DNA of 43,495 bases from Limisphaerales bacterium (GCA_044225505.1 JBGAIN010000056.1:1-43495), one strand, 5' to 3'; counted from the stretch's first letter, positions 15,966 to 26,778 are shown. Translations and numbers: made by a program. Notes: generated by a model from the sequence alone, not told the origin.

Positions 15966-17102
15966 TCATAGAGACAGCGCGGCGCCCGTCGCGGGATCAA
16001 ACCACCGTGCCTCCTTCATTTCATACCTCAACCCTACCGTTTGCCCCACCTCGACCAGGCAAGGCCCCGTCACTCGGAGCACCCAGTCAACTCCCGCCGC
16101 AAACACGCCTACCTGGGTCTCCCAGCCAAGCCTTTCGACAAACGTCACCTGTCCAAGCAGCCCACTCCCGTCCAGAGTCGATTCGCTGCCAGCGTCGGCC
16201 AGATGAATAGCCTCACCACGCAAGCCGAGCACGACGTCTGCCATCTGTGCTGGCCATTTGACATCCGGACTGATCGGCCAGGTGACCGCGGGTTCTCCGG
16301 GATGGCCATTCCCTCCGGGGCAAAAGCGAGCCCTGCCACCTGCCCGCTCAAATTGACCGGCAATGAGATTCATGCCAGGCATTCCGACGAAGTCCGCGAC
16401 GAATAGATTTGCTGGAGCATGATACAGTTCCATGGGGCTACCGATCTGAGCGATCTTGCCGTCCTGTATCACCGCGATCCGGTCGCCCAATGCCATGGCC
16501 TCTCCCTGATCGTGGGTCACGTAGATCAGAGTCACGCCGAGTCGGTCGTGCAGCTTGCGGATCTCGCGACGCATTTGGACTCGCAGGGGCCCATCCAGAT
16601 TGGAGAGTGGTTCATCCATTAAGATCACCTTGGATCCCACGACCAGCGCACGTCCCAACGCCGCGCGCTGACGTTCCCCACCCGAAAGCTCCGCCGGGGA
16701 ACGCTCGAGCAAGCGCTCGATTCCCAACCATTGAGCAACCTCAGCCACTCGACTCTCGATCGCGCCGCGAGCAGTCTTCCGCAAGCGCAACCCCAAAGCC
16801 AGGTTGTCGTGAACCGTCAAGTGAGGGTAGAGCGAATGCTCCTGAAATACGATCGAGACCCCCCGTTCATGCGGAGGAACGCCTGACATCGGCTTCCCCG
16901 CGATGGCGATACTTCCCGCCGATGGCTCGTCCAGCCCGGCGATCAGGCGGAGCAAGGTCGTCTTTCCGGAGCCGGAAGGCCCCACTAACACCACGAACTG
17001 CTGATCCTCCACCTCCAGACTTAAGTCGTGCACAGCAATGACCTCTCGGCCCGAAGGCAGCCGGAAGGTCTTGCGCACCGCCTGGATCGCGACGCCTACC
17101 AT
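15966..17102 (-). CDS. MalK-like sugar ABC transporter ATP-binding protein
   Basis: GPSGSGKTT, LSGGERQR, MDEPLSNLD, YVTHDQ, C-terminal TOBE-like region. Confidence 0.92.
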   Translation of the reverse strand: MVGVAIQAVRKTFRLPSGREVIAVHDLSLEVEDQQFVVLVGPSGSGKTTLLRLIAGLDEPSAGSIAIAGKPMSGVPPHERGVSIVFQEHSLYPHLTVHDNLALGLRLRKTARGAIESRVAEVAQWLGIERLLERSPAELSGGERQRAALGRALVVGSKVILMDEPLSNLDGPLRVQMRREIRKLHDRLGVTLIYVTHDQGEAMALGDRIAVIQDGKIAQIGSPMELYHAPANLFVADFVGMPGMNLIAGQFERAGGRARFCPGGNGHPGEPAVTWPISPDVKWPAQMADVVLGLRGEAIHLADAGSESTLDGSGLLGQVTFVERLGWETQVGVFAAGVDWVLRVTGPCLVEVGQTVGLRYEMKEARWFDPATGAALSL

Positions 17103-17142
17103 GGCGGATCAGTTTGAAAAGGGCGTACGATGTCCGAACATC

Positions 17143-17811
17143 TTAGTCCATCAAGCGCTGCAGTTCTTCCAAGGTGAAGTTCGGCGACTTGCACAGGTTT
17201 AAAATCCGGGCCTCACGTTCGATCACTCGGTCCACCGCTTCGGGAATGCGCGCGGCGATCTCCTCCGGAACGCTCAGAACCCCGTGTTTGTCCGCATGAA
17301 GCAAATCGCCAGAACGAACGACCAATCCTCCCACCTTGACGGGAGTGCCGAAATCGACAAGATCGACGCAGGCGTGAGACACACAGACGCCCTGCGCAAA
17401 GAGATGGTACCTGAGAGCGCGAACTTCATCGAGGTCACGCACGCAGCCGTTCGTGATGACCCCCACGCAGCCCAACCGCCGATGGATCGTTGTCATGACC
17501 TCGCCGATGAATGCTCCTACGCCCGGCGGCGAGTCCATGTCTTGCAGAACCAACACGCGCGGTTCTGGAATCTCCAGCATGTGTTTCCAAAGATCGTAGC
17601 GCGATGCCGGTCGCACGGCAGGCGCTTCTGCCGTGAAGCGCGCCGTCACGGCCCGCCCCACCATCACACCTAAGTCGGGGAAAAGGCAGCGCACTTCGGG
17701 CGACATGAATCCCTGGTTCCGGGGCCGAACATTGAAAAGTTCGATCGCATTCGAAACGGTCGGTGTTGGGATCCCTCGCAGGGCTTCGATAGTTTCTTGG
17801 GTGACGTGCAT
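17143..17811 (-). CDS. RraA-like / HMG aldolase family protein
   Basis: TPTVSNAIE, GRAVT, GEVM, TNGCVRD, GDLLHADKHGV. Confidence 0.88.
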   Translation of the reverse strand: MHVTQETIEALRGIPTPTVSNAIELFNVRPRNQGFMSPEVRCLFPDLGVMVGRAVTARFTAEAPAVRPASRYDLWKHMLEIPEPRVLVLQDMDSPPGVGAFIGEVMTTIHRRLGCVGVITNGCVRDLDEVRALRYHLFAQGVCVSHACVDLVDFGTPVKVGGLVVRSGDLLHADKHGVLSVPEEIAARIPEAVDRVIEREARILNLCKSPNFTLEELQRLMD

Positions 17812-17930
17812 GATCTCAAGTCGGGCTTGATTAACCTTCGTCCGGGTCATTGTCAACGGATCAGCGTACAAAACGCGTGCTTCTTCGCGCTCGGTCGGTA
17901 TCCTGAGCAAAATCTACCACCCGAAGATGC

Positions 17931-19223
17931 ATGAGTACACCGCGGTCTGACGCAGCCGGCGCCAATGCGATTTGCGCAACGCCGTCGATCACGAACCAGC
18001 GGCGCTGGGGCATTGTCTTCCTCCTGTTTCTGGCGTCGATGATAAACTACTTCGATCGCGCCACGATTTCGTTTGCGTTGCCCTACATCTCGGAATCGTT
18101 AGGGCTCGCGCCCACGGCCAAAGGGGTGTTGTTGTCAGCCTTCTTTTGGTCTTACGCCTTGATGCAGATCCCAGTGGGTCTGCTCGCGGACCGGTGCAAC
18201 TTGCGTTGGGTCTATGCGGTGGCCTTTGCGGTGTGGTCCTTTGCTCAGGGCTTAACCGGTTTTGCCAGCAGCCTGGGAATGCTCATTCTCTTTCGGGTGA
18301 TTTTGGGAATTGGCGAAGCCATTTACCTTCCTGGAGGAACCAAGATCGTCAGCTTGTTGTTTCCGTTGTCTGAGCGTGGATTACCCTGTGGCCTGTTCGA
18401 TTTTGGAACACGCACCGGCTTGGTGCTGGAAGGCCTGCTCGTCCCTTGGATGCTCAAAAACTACGGCTGGCGGACAACCTTCGCCATCGTTGGGTTTTCG
18501 GCGTTGGTTTGGCTCATTCCGTGGCTCTGGCTGACCCCGCGGCAAATGCGTGCCCCAGAGAACTCCGCCCCATCTCCTGCAGCTGTGGCGGAAACACCCC
18601 CTTTGAATCCACGGCGTTACCGAGACCTCTTTGGAATTTGCCTCGGTTTCTTTTGTTTCGACTACTACTGGTTCCTGCTGGTTACCTGGTTGCCAGATTA
18701 TTTGGTGACTCAACGTCACCTGACGATCTTGAAAGCGGGGATTTACGCGTCGCTACCGTTTCTGGTCTTTGGACTCAGTCAACCGATCGGCGGTTGGATC
18801 GCTGATCACTTGGTCACGCGCGGCTGGGATCAGACGAAGACTCGCAAAACCATTATTTCATTCGCGTTTTTAACCGGTCTGCTCCTTATCCCGGCAGCGC
18901 ATGCCACCTCTGCGGAAACCGCTTTGGTGCTGATTATGGGCGGCTGCTTGGTCGGACTTTCGACCGCCAATCAACTCGTGATTTTGCAAAGCTGCGCCCC
19001 GCTCCATCAAGTGGGACTTTGGGTTGGCATCTACAACTTCGTCGGCAATCTCGCAGGAGTTCTCGCCCCACTTCTGACGGGGATTCTCATCGAATGGACC
19101 GGATCGTATACGCCCGCTTTTGTTCTCGCCGCACTCATGATCGCGGCTGGGCAACTCTCGTATTGGCTGCTGGTCGGCCCGGTTCGAAGTCAGAACGCCG
19201 TTCTGGCGGTGAAGAGCTCCTAA
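17931..19223 (+). CDS. MFS transporter (anion:cation symporter, sugar-acid type)
   Basis: INYFDRA, SAFFWSYALMQIPVG, RVILGIGEA, YGWR, TWLPDYL; about 12 hydrophobic segments. Confidence 0.92.
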   Translation: MSTPRSDAAGANAICATPSITNQRRWGIVFLLFLASMINYFDRATISFALPYISESLGLAPTAKGVLLSAFFWSYALMQIPVGLLADRCNLRWVYAVAFAVWSFAQGLTGFASSLGMLILFRVILGIGEAIYLPGGTKIVSLLFPLSERGLPCGLFDFGTRTGLVLEGLLVPWMLKNYGWRTTFAIVGFSALVWLIPWLWLTPRQMRAPENSAPSPAAVAETPPLNPRRYRDLFGICLGFFCFDYYWFLLVTWLPDYLVTQRHLTILKAGIYASLPFLVFGLSQPIGGWIADHLVTRGWDQTKTRKTIISFAFLTGLLLIPAAHATSAETALVLIMGGCLVGLSTANQLVILQSCAPLHQVGLWVGIYNFVGNLAGVLAPLLTGILIEWTGSYTPAFVLAALMIAAGQLSYWLLVGPVRSQNAVLAVKSS

Positions 19224-19301
19224 AGGCCGCAACACGCAGCAACGCTGGACCTTGGCCTGCATCCTGGGGGATTTGGACTGACCCACCCTGCCCTTTCCGC
19301 T

Positions 19302-20405
19302 TTAGATCCCCTCGCCCAAGACCGGAGCCAGTTCGTGACGGGCTTCGATCTCCGCGGACATCGGCTCGTTCTCTCCCCGTAAAATGCGATAGCTCTTGAT
19401 GAAGAGCGAGACGGGTTGGCCGTCATGCAGTCCCAGCTGCGAATATTCTTCCTTGGTCATGCGCGCCCGTAACACAAGACCGGACGGCAGCCGCAACTCC
19501 AGCCGCAACATAATTCCCAGAAAGAACGTGTGCGAAAGCACGGCCCGGTACGGATACTGGTTTGGCTCGGGCGACACCTGGACGGCAAACGGCCGAAAAC
19601 CTATCCGCATATGGGCGCCATCGGGCCGTCCCGGCGCGGGAAACGCCAACTCGCCAGCGCGTCCCAAACCTCCTTGCACGACCAGGTCGAGGACATTGAG
19701 AACGCCGATGAATCGCGCCACGAATTCGTTGGCCGGGTCTTCGTAGACGTCGCGGGGGGCACCAATCTGTTCCAAATGTCCGCGGGCCAGAATCACGATC
19801 CGGCTGGAGACTTCCATCGCTTCCTCCTGATCGTGAGTCACGAACAGCGTCGTGACGTTCAAGTCATGATGAAGGCGCACCAGCCAATCCCGAAGCTCCT
19901 GTCGAATTTTGGCATCGACCGCCCCGAAAGGCTCGTCCAGGAGCAAAACGCTAGGTTTCGGCGCCAGCGCCCGCGCGATCGCTACCCGCTGGCGTTGCCC
20001 CCCGGAAAGCTGGTGGGGAAATCGTCGTTCCAACCCTTCCAAGCCAAGCAACTGCAGCAACTCAGCCACGCGCACGTTGATATCAGACTTCGTCCATTTC
20101 TTGATTTTGAGCCCAAACGCAATGTTGCGAAATACGTTCATGGTCTTGAACAGGGCGTAATGCTGGAACACAAAACCGATATTCCGTCGCTGCACAGAGA
20201 CATCGTTGACGCGCTGGCCGCGAATCAAGATGTCACCCTGACTTGGCGATTCCAGGCCCGCAATCATTCGCAACACTGTGGTCTTGCCTCCGCCGCTCGG
20301 CCCGAGCAACCCCAGCAACTCTCCCTCCTTGACGGAAAAGCTGACCTGGCTAACGGCGTCAACCTCGCCGAACCGTTTACTAACGTTTCTTAGTTCAATA
20401 CTCAT
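19302..20405 (-). CDS. cysA: Sulfate ABC transporter ATP-binding protein
   Basis: [39 protein letters not shown]; follows cysW. Confidence 0.93.
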   Translation of the reverse strand: MSIELRNVSKRFGEVDAVSQVSFSVKEGELLGLLGPSGGGKTTVLRMIAGLESPSQGDILIRGQRVNDVSVQRRNIGFVFQHYALFKTMNVFRNIAFGLKIKKWTKSDINVRVAELLQLLGLEGLERRFPHQLSGGQRQRVAIARALAPKPSVLLLDEPFGAVDAKIRQELRDWLVRLHHDLNVTTLFVTHDQEEAMEVSSRIVILARGHLEQIGAPRDVYEDPANEFVARFIGVLNVLDLVVQGGLGRAGELAFPAPGRPDGAHMRIGFRPFAVQVSPEPNQYPYRAVLSHTFFLGIMLRLELRLPSGLVLRARMTKEEYSQLGLHDGQPVSLFIKSYRILRGENEPMSAEIEARHELAPVLGEGI

Positions 20406-21376
20406 GCGTGAGCTTCGGCACCGGATGACGCTGAAGAGACGGCGCTTGCAGGATTGGCTGGCGTGATCGGCCTTAACACGGACGGCTCAGGGATTACGCG
20501 TTGTGCTAATTCTTGTTCCCGTTCCGCCCGCCATTCCAGGAAGGTTTTGAATCCGAGTGTCAGCAACGCAAGGATCGCGAGCAGACTGGCCACCGCAAAC
20601 GCCGCGCTAGCGTTGTATTCGTTGTAGAGCTTTTCAACCCGCAACGGCATGGTTTCCGTCATTCCTGCGATATGCCCGGAAACCACTGACACCGCGCCAA
20701 ACTCTCCCATCGCCCGGGCATTACAGAGAATGACGCCGTAGAGCAAGCCCCACTTGACGCTGGGTAAGGTGACATACCAGAACGCCTGCCACCCGCTTGC
20801 CCCGAGAGTGAGGGCCGCTTGCTCCTGCTCGGTCCCGGTGGCCTGCATCACCGGAATCAACTCGCGCGCGACAAACGGAAAGGTGATGAAGAGCGTTGCC
20901 AGCACGATTCCAGGCAAAGCAAAAATGATTTTGATATCGTGGCCATCCAGCCATTTCCCAAAGAACCCCTGCAATCCGAACAGAACCACAAAGATTAATC
21001 CCGAGACCACCGGAGAAATCGCAAAGGGCAAATCGATCAACGTGATTAAAAGCGCTTTGCCACGAAACTCGAACTTGGCCACAGCCCACGCCGCCGCGAC
21101 GCCGAAGATCAGGTTCAGCGGTACGCTGATCGCCGCCACTGTAAGAGTCAGTCCGATGGCCGACCGGGTATCCGGATCGTTCAGCGCCGCCCAGTAGGCT
21201 CCAACGCCTTTGCTCAAGGCTTGGGCGAAGACGTTGACCAGCGGCAGCAACAGGAAAACAATCGCGAAGGTCAGCCCGATACTGATCAAAGCCCACTTCA
21301 CGAGGCTGGATTCTTCCGAGCCGCGCTGCGAAATGTCGCTGCGCTTGCTCCGAGAAGTTTTTGGAGCGCCCGCCAT
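20402..21376 (-). CDS. cysW: Sulfate ABC transporter permease CysW
   Basis: [50 protein letters not shown]. Confidence 0.95.
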   Translation of the reverse strand: MAGAPKTSRSKRSDISQRGSEESSLVKWALISIGLTFAIVFLLLPLVNVFAQALSKGVGAYWAALNDPDTRSAIGLTLTVAAISVPLNLIFGVAAAWAVAKFEFRGKALLITLIDLPFAISPVVSGLIFVVLFGLQGFFGKWLDGHDIKIIFALPGIVLATLFITFPFVARELIPVMQATGTEQEQAALTLGASGWQAFWYVTLPSVKWGLLYGVILCNARAMGEFGAVSVVSGHIAGMTETMPLRVEKLYNEYNASAAFAVASLLAILALLTLGFKTFLEWRAEREQELAQRVIPEPSVLRPITPANPASAVSSASSGAEAHA

Positions 21377-21377
21377 A

Positions 21378-22202
21378 CTACTCGTTGAAGCGGCTCGTCC
21401 AGGACTCGAGCCAATTGATCATCGCGAGCAGGAGGAAAGAAATGACGAGCAGCACCACCGCTAAAGCCATGGCCCCGGTATAGTCATACTCTTCCAAGCG
21501 CATCACGATCAAATAGGGGGCAATCTCCGTCTTGAACGGCAAGTTGCCCGAAATGAATACAACGGACCCATATTCCCCAATGGCTCGTGCAAACGCCAAA
21601 GCGAACCCCGTAATCACTGTCGGCAGCAATGTCGGCCCCACAATCTGCGCCAGCGTCCGAAACCGGCTCGCCCCCAACGTGGCCGCAGCTTCCTCGAGAC
21701 TCCGATCCAAATTCTCCAAAACCGGCTGTAACGTTCGCACCACAAACGGCAACCCCACAAACGTTAAGGCGATAACCACCCCTAGCGGCGTGAACGCACC
21801 GTGGATTCCCAACGGAACAAGGTGTTTACCCAACCACCCGTTGGCCGCGAACAGATTCGAAAGCGTCAGGCCCGCCACCGCCGTGGGTAATGCAAAGGGG
21901 AAGTCGACCAATGCGTCCACAAACCGGCGACCCGGAAAATGATAACGCACCAGGACCCACGCCAGAATGGTCCCAAAGACCGCGTTGACTAATGCCGCCA
22001 CGAGCGAGGCACCGAACGTCAGGCGATAGGCGGCCATCGCCCGATCTGTCGTCGCCAGTTTCCACAGGTCTCCCCAGGACATTTCGAAAGCCCGAATAAA
22101 CAAGCCTGCAAGCGGCAAAAGAACCAATGCGCTCAGGTAAAACAGAGTATACCCCAGCGTCAGGCCGAAGCCCGGAAGTGCATTGAATTTTTTATCCGCC
22201 AT
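21378..22202 (-). CDS. cysT: Sulfate ABC transporter permease CysT
   Basis: [48 protein letters not shown]; start at ATG 22202. Confidence 0.95.
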   Translation of the reverse strand: MADKKFNALPGFGLTLGYTLFYLSALVLLPLAGLFIRAFEMSWGDLWKLATTDRAMAAYRLTFGASLVAALVNAVFGTILAWVLVRYHFPGRRFVDALVDFPFALPTAVAGLTLSNLFAANGWLGKHLVPLGIHGAFTPLGVVIALTFVGLPFVVRTLQPVLENLDRSLEEAAATLGASRFRTLAQIVGPTLLPTVITGFALAFARAIGEYGSVVFISGNLPFKTEIAPYLIVMRLEEYDYTGAMALAVVLLVISFLLLAMINWLESWTSRFNE

Positions 22203-22377
22203 GCGCGCGCTGCAAAATACCCGCTCGACCACCCGCCGCACAACCTCAGAAATGGGTCCTCCCAGAAATTCCGGGCGGGCGTGTTCCTTCAGCGCTCCCA
22301 TCTGCGCTACGGCCAGCCCGTCCGCACTGCGGCCGGGTCCGGGGATCGGCTTTACAGGATGAATGACGGGCACAGGT

Positions 22378-23202
22378 CTAGATGTTTTGCGCAATCGCCA
22401 TCACGGATCGGTATTCCGTCAAGATGGATTCAAGCGCCGCGTGGAGAGCCGAAACCTGCAGCGACAGCGGACTCGCGTGCGGCGTCTCCAGGGTAATTTC
22501 AAAGGGCGGTTGCTGCATCCCCGCCGGAGATTGCAGCACCCCATTGTAGCACTCGTAAATAATTCCTTGATCCGCTGCAAACCCGTCGATCTGAGCCTCT
22601 CGGTTCCGCGGGATATATCGTTCGCCTGCGCGCAAGGCAGGTTCCAAAAGGTGCTTGGACAGAACTTCGCCGTTCACGAATCCGTAAAGACCATGGCTCG
22701 TGTCATCGGCGTGCAGATTGACAATGCCATGGAAGGCGTGCGTCCAAATCTCGGTTTCCAGCAGTTGCACCTCAGGCTCTCGCGACCCTCTCCAAAACTC
22801 GCGGTTCAAATCCTTTCCGCTCCGCGAATTCCGGGTGCGATCTTCCCACCCAGTCGGATTGCAGACCGGATAGAAAAACAGAGCATAACCTCTCGCCAAG
22901 TCTGGCTGACGCTCTAACGCCGCGGCCAACTGCGTCAGGGCTAAGGTTCCTTGCGGCTCGTCCCCGTGGATCGTTGCGAACACACCGATTCGTATCGTGT
23001 CTCCGCCGCCGCGGGGTCCCAGGTAAATATATCGCGGCAGTTCGTAACGCTGGCCGGCACTCTCGAAACACCCGAACGGTTTATTGATCAAATGTTCAGA
23101 GTGTTCGGCAATTTCGTCCAAGCCTGCCAGGAACTGGCGTAGCGCTCGTCGCTCAGGCATGACCGAATATCGAGTCTCGTGGGAATGGAGCAAGGTTTTC
23201 AT
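22378..23202 (-). CDS. M14-family zinc metallopeptidase (AstE/AspA/MpaA-like), cytoplasmic
   Basis: IHGDE, NPTG..R.R..DLNREF, NLHAD and TLETP motifs; no signal peptide. Confidence 0.85.
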   Translation of the reverse strand: MKTLLHSHETRYSVMPERRALRQFLAGLDEIAEHSEHLINKPFGCFESAGQRYELPRYIYLGPRGGGDTIRIGVFATIHGDEPQGTLALTQLAAALERQPDLARGYALFFYPVCNPTGWEDRTRNSRSGKDLNREFWRGSREPEVQLLETEIWTHAFHGIVNLHADDTSHGLYGFVNGEVLSKHLLEPALRAGERYIPRNREAQIDGFAADQGIIYECYNGVLQSPAGMQQPPFEITLETPHASPLSLQVSALHAALESILTEYRSVMAIAQNI

Positions 23203-23238
23203 GGTGGAAAAGCGCTTTCGTCAGTCACAGGTCCAATC

Positions 23239-24258
23239 TCAGCGGTTCTGTCGCTGAATCTCGTCAAAGACCCCGCCGTCGTTGAAGTGAGTCTTCTGCG
23301 CCTTCTGCCAGCCGCCAAAGACCTCATCAATGGTGAATAATTCGATCTTCGGAAACACGTTGGCATACTTGGCGGCGGCTTGCGCCGATCGCGGACGGTA
23401 GAAGTTCTTGCCCGCGATCTCCTGTCCCGCTTCCGAATAAAGAAAATCAAGATACGCGCGCGCGACTGTTTCTGTCCCTTTCCGCTTTACGACGCGGTCC
23501 ACGAGCGTGACCGGCGGTTCCGCAAGAATGCTCAAAGACGGGACTACCACCTCGAGCTTGTCCGCTCCAAACTCCTTGACCGCCAAAAAGGCTTCGTTTT
23601 CCCAGGAGATCAGCACATCACCAATCCCACGCTGGACAAATGTCGTGGTCGCTCCGCGAGCCCCGGAGTCCAACACAGGCACGTTCTTATAAAGTTTGCC
23701 GACAAATTCTTTGGCCTTGGCCGCGTCCTGTCCGTAGGTCCGCAAGGCAACCCCCCAGGCCGCGAGGTAATTCCACCGAGCGCCACCCGAAGTCTTTGGA
23801 TTTGGAGTCACCACCGAAAGCCCTGGCTGGATCAGGTCGGCCCAGTCTTTGATGCCTTTCGGGTTCCCTTTGCGAACCAGGAATACGATCGTCGAGGTAT
23901 ACGGCGCACTGTTGTTGGGCAATCGTTTCTGCCAGTCCGACGGAAAGAGCTTTGCCTTTTCCGCGATGGCATCGACATCGAAGGCCAAGGCTAGCGTGAC
24001 CACGTCTGCTTGCAGCCCGTCGATAACCGCCCGGGCCTGTTTACCCGAGCCGCCGTGCGACTGCTGAATAGTGACCGTATCGCCCGTCTTTTCTTTCCAA
24101 GCTTTGCTAAACGCGGCATTGACCTCTTGATACAGCTCGCGCGTGGGATCATAGGAAACGTTCAGTAGCTTCACATCCTTCGCCATCGCCGGTGTCGTCG
24201 CCAATCGGGCGATGATTCCGATACCGAGAATGACGGATTGCCAGTAATTCGGTTTCAT
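23239..24258 (-). CDS. sbp: Sulfate-binding periplasmic protein
   Basis: [59 protein letters not shown]. Confidence 0.96.
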   Translation of the reverse strand: MKPNYWQSVILGIGIIARLATTPAMAKDVKLLNVSYDPTRELYQEVNAAFSKAWKEKTGDTVTIQQSHGGSGKQARAVIDGLQADVVTLALAFDVDAIAEKAKLFPSDWQKRLPNNSAPYTSTIVFLVRKGNPKGIKDWADLIQPGLSVVTPNPKTSGGARWNYLAAWGVALRTYGQDAAKAKEFVGKLYKNVPVLDSGARGATTTFVQRGIGDVLISWENEAFLAVKEFGADKLEVVVPSLSILAEPPVTLVDRVVKRKGTETVARAYLDFLYSEAGQEIAGKNFYRPRSAQAAAKYANVFPKIELFTIDEVFGGWQKAQKTHFNDGGVFDEIQRQNR

Positions 24259-24277
24259 GAATGAACTCCTGTTAAGA

Positions 24278-25687
24278 TCAGAATTGAATTTGTGCCCGGG
24301 TAAGAATGGCCTTCTCACCATTGTCCAAAAGTTTGCCGGTGCCTCCCTTGAACTCGGTCTGCTCATAGTTCAACGAGAGCTTTAAATTCCTGTTCGGATA
24401 CCAGTTCAGCCCGATGCCCCACGACGTCGCTTCTTCCGCCGAGCTCGTTGGGTTTGCCAGCAACGGAAAGGCGTCCGGATCAACGGAGAGCTGTCCCACG
24501 CGCGCCGCGAGTTCTAATGCGCCCCAGCCATCGCCATGCAGATTGAACGGGCGCCGCGGAATCACCGGAGCAAAGGAGTTATCCTCGCCCGTCACATAGT
24601 AGGAAGCCGCCACTTGCCACGCCGTATTCACGACTCGGTCATAGGTCCGCCCCCCCGCGTCCCGGTGCACTTGTTGGTCGGAGATCACATACTCGCCAAA
24701 GATCCCGAACGGCCCCAAATAATAATAAGCCTGTGGAGAGATCCGCCAGTGATCGCCGTCTGCCACCACGTTGGCCGTCGACGCATTGGTCCCCACCCCC
24801 GTCCGATAAGCGAAGAAACGCTGCTGCCCAGGCGTCACGAAGGTCCGGAGCGGCCCGTCCTGGTTGCCAAACGTTCCCGCAACCCCAAAGCCCAATCCTC
24901 GCACCGCGGCGATATCGCTATTCTTGAACGGAACGGCGAAGAGGCGCGCCGCCACATCCTTTTCGTCGTCGCCACCTTCAATGTCATTGCTTCCGCCGTC
25001 CTGCACGCCATTAAACACTCCCAGCGCATAACTCAAACGACCGTCCCACAGAGCTCCCTGGACCTGAACACCCACATCACGATTGGGAACCAACTGCGTC
25101 GGAAAACTTCGCTCTTCAAAAAGCAGATTCGCCCCTGACTGTAACCGCTCCAAGCCAACAGGCTCTTTGAACTTGCCGGCTTGCACCTGAAATTCCGGCA
25201 AGAGGCGCGCGTTGAAATAGGCGTCGTAAATCATTCCATTGTTGCTGGTATTATTGCCCGTCCCGGAAGTGTTCGCTCCGAAATCAAGCATCAGCCGGTA
25301 ATCAAACTTCTCATAGACCGTCCCCTCCAGAATGGGCCGGACGCGCCGCATTAGAAACGTGTCGTTTACCGGGAGATGATCCCCCACATACCAACGAGAA
25401 TCGGCCTGGACATAACCGCGGAGCCGTAAGACGAAATTCGTGTCCGCCGACGTAATGCTCAGTCCACTCGCCCCGAGTGAAACCCGCGGTGTCTCTTTGC
25501 TCTTGGCGTCGGCTGTGTCCCGGTCCAACTCCCGGTTACGCTCGAGCACTCGCACTTTTTGATCCAGTTCTTCCACTTTCCTTGTTAGTGCCTTGATGAC
25601 TTCGTCGCGTTCATCCCCCTGAACTCGAACCTCGGTCGTCCAGGCCCCGGCCATGGCAACCGCCAAAATGTATCCGACCCGACGCAT
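24278..25687 (-). CDS. OprO/OprP-like anion-selective outer-membrane porin
   Basis: Signal peptide plus coiled coil, [33 protein letters not shown]-terminal Phe; first gene of the sulfate operon; AAAGGA RBS. Confidence 0.85.
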   Translation of the reverse strand: MRRVGYILAVAMAGAWTTEVRVQGDERDEVIKALTRKVEELDQKVRVLERNRELDRDTADAKSKETPRVSLGASGLSITSADTNFVLRLRGYVQADSRWYVGDHLPVNDTFLMRRVRPILEGTVYEKFDYRLMLDFGANTSGTGNNTSNNGMIYDAYFNARLLPEFQVQAGKFKEPVGLERLQSGANLLFEERSFPTQLVPNRDVGVQVQGALWDGRLSYALGVFNGVQDGGSNDIEGGDDEKDVAARLFAVPFKNSDIAAVRGLGFGVAGTFGNQDGPLRTFVTPGQQRFFAYRTGVGTNASTANVVADGDHWRISPQAYYYLGPFGIFGEYVISDQQVHRDAGGRTYDRVVNTAWQVAASYYVTGEDNSFAPVIPRRPFNLHGDGWGALELAARVGQLSVDPDAFPLLANPTSSAEEATSWGIGLNWYPNRNLKLSLNYEQTEFKGGTGKLLDNGEKAILTRAQIQF

Positions 25688-25910
25688 ATGAGTCCTTTGG
25701 TTGAAACTTCCGCTCGTGCGGTCAGTCTGTGGGGTCTGCGTCTTTCACTTCCGAGCAGTTCAAGCTATCGCCCAAATCGCTTCTGCCACTATCGCAACTT
25801 CCCACTGACTCAATCTTGCGGCGCTACCTCAGCGCGCGGCTCTTTGCGAGCGAGATCAATCCGGATCCACCCTCGCTCAGGGCCCTTCATTGCCGACCAC
25901 CTTAGATTGA

Positions 25911-25969
25911 ATCTACAGTAAGTCAATAGATATTTCTTATCTTTCGTAAGTATTTACTCTTCATAGTAA
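25911..25969. promoter_or_regulatory. AT-rich palindromes, putative Rrf2 operator(s)
   Basis: ATCTA-N11-TAGAT (25911-25931) and TTACT-N6-AGTAA (25954-25969) in the divergent porin/Rrf2 intergenic region. Confidence 0.5.
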
Positions 25970-26039
25970 TACAAATACCTATTTCTTCAGTTGTTTGATT
26001 CTTGATTCCCGCACCGTACTTTCTAACGTGGACTCGCGC

Positions 26040-26501
26040 ATGAAACTCTCTCTTCGTGGCGAGTACACGCTCCGAGCGTTGGTGGTGCTGGGTCTGCAGT
26101 ATGGGCCTCAGGTGGTCCCCATTCAAAGGATTTCCCGAGACCAAAACATCCCGAAGCGATTCCTCGAACAAATCCTCAATGATCTCAAATCGGGCCGGTT
26201 CCTCGAAAGCAAACGAGGCGTCTCGGGCGGATACCGCTTGGCACTTGCCCCGGAGAAGATCCCGCTCGCCGCCGTAATTCGACATGTCGAAGGAGCGCTC
26301 GCGCCTGTAAGTTGCGTCAGCGAAAAGTTTTACGACAAATGCACATGTCCCGATGAGAAAACCTGCGGGATTCGCAGCGTGATGAAAGAGGTTCGCGACG
26401 CCATCGTGAGCATCCTCGACAAAGTGACGGTGGCAGACCTTTGTGATCGCGTGCGGCATTTGCAGAAGAACCCGGGCGATGCGAGCGATTTCGAGATCTA
26501 A
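26040..26501 (+). CDS. Rrf2 family transcriptional regulator (CymR/IscR-like) with Cys cluster
   Basis: GEYTLRAL, IPKRFLEQIL, SKRGVSGGYRL, EGALAPVSCVSEKFYDKCTCPDEKTC. Confidence 0.93.
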   Translation: MKLSLRGEYTLRALVVLGLQYGPQVVPIQRISRDQNIPKRFLEQILNDLKSGRFLESKRGVSGGYRLALAPEKIPLAAVIRHVEGALAPVSCVSEKFYDKCTCPDEKTCGIRSVMKEVRDAIVSILDKVTVADLCDRVRHLQKNPGDASDFEI

Positions 26502-26612
26502 ACGGCTGTTTGTCCAACTGCTGCCAGGACCGGTCCGAAATGCAACGTTCCCGCAAAGCACACAGAGCAGCCCGAGCTTGCTGACCTGGTCGCGAGCTTC
26601 TTCTTCCGCACC

Positions 26613-26656
26613 TGACCCACAGGTAACCCACTCGGTAGTGGGTTACCTGTGGGTCA
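26613..26656. repeat. Perfect 20-bp inverted repeat with 4-nt loop
   Basis: TGACCCACAGGTAACCCACT-CGGT-AGTGGGTTACCTGTGGGTCA. Confidence 0.9.
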
Positions 26657-26763
26657 CCAACGGATGAATACTCGGTAAAGGCGCTTTTGACAGGTTGAGA
26701 TTCGCGGTGCGGCGAGGCGGCCTTAATCGTAGCTAACCTGTTCGTACCGAGGCGAATTATATT

Positions 26764-26778
26764 GGGCACGAAAACTGC
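26764..26778 (+). promoter_or_regulatory. Possible sigma54 promoter
   Basis: GGGCACGAAAACTGC, i.e. GG-N10-GC with GGCACG and TGC. Confidence 0.4.

Noticed and set aside
22203..22394. 64-aa N-terminal extension of CysT in the ORF track
   Set aside because: CysT similarity begins at [11 protein letters not shown] (22202), and the extension overlaps the M14 stop.
22371..23233. 8-bp direct repeat CACAGGTC flanking the M14 gene, as a possible insertion scar
   Set aside because: Short enough to arise by chance; no transposase or terminal inverted repeats.
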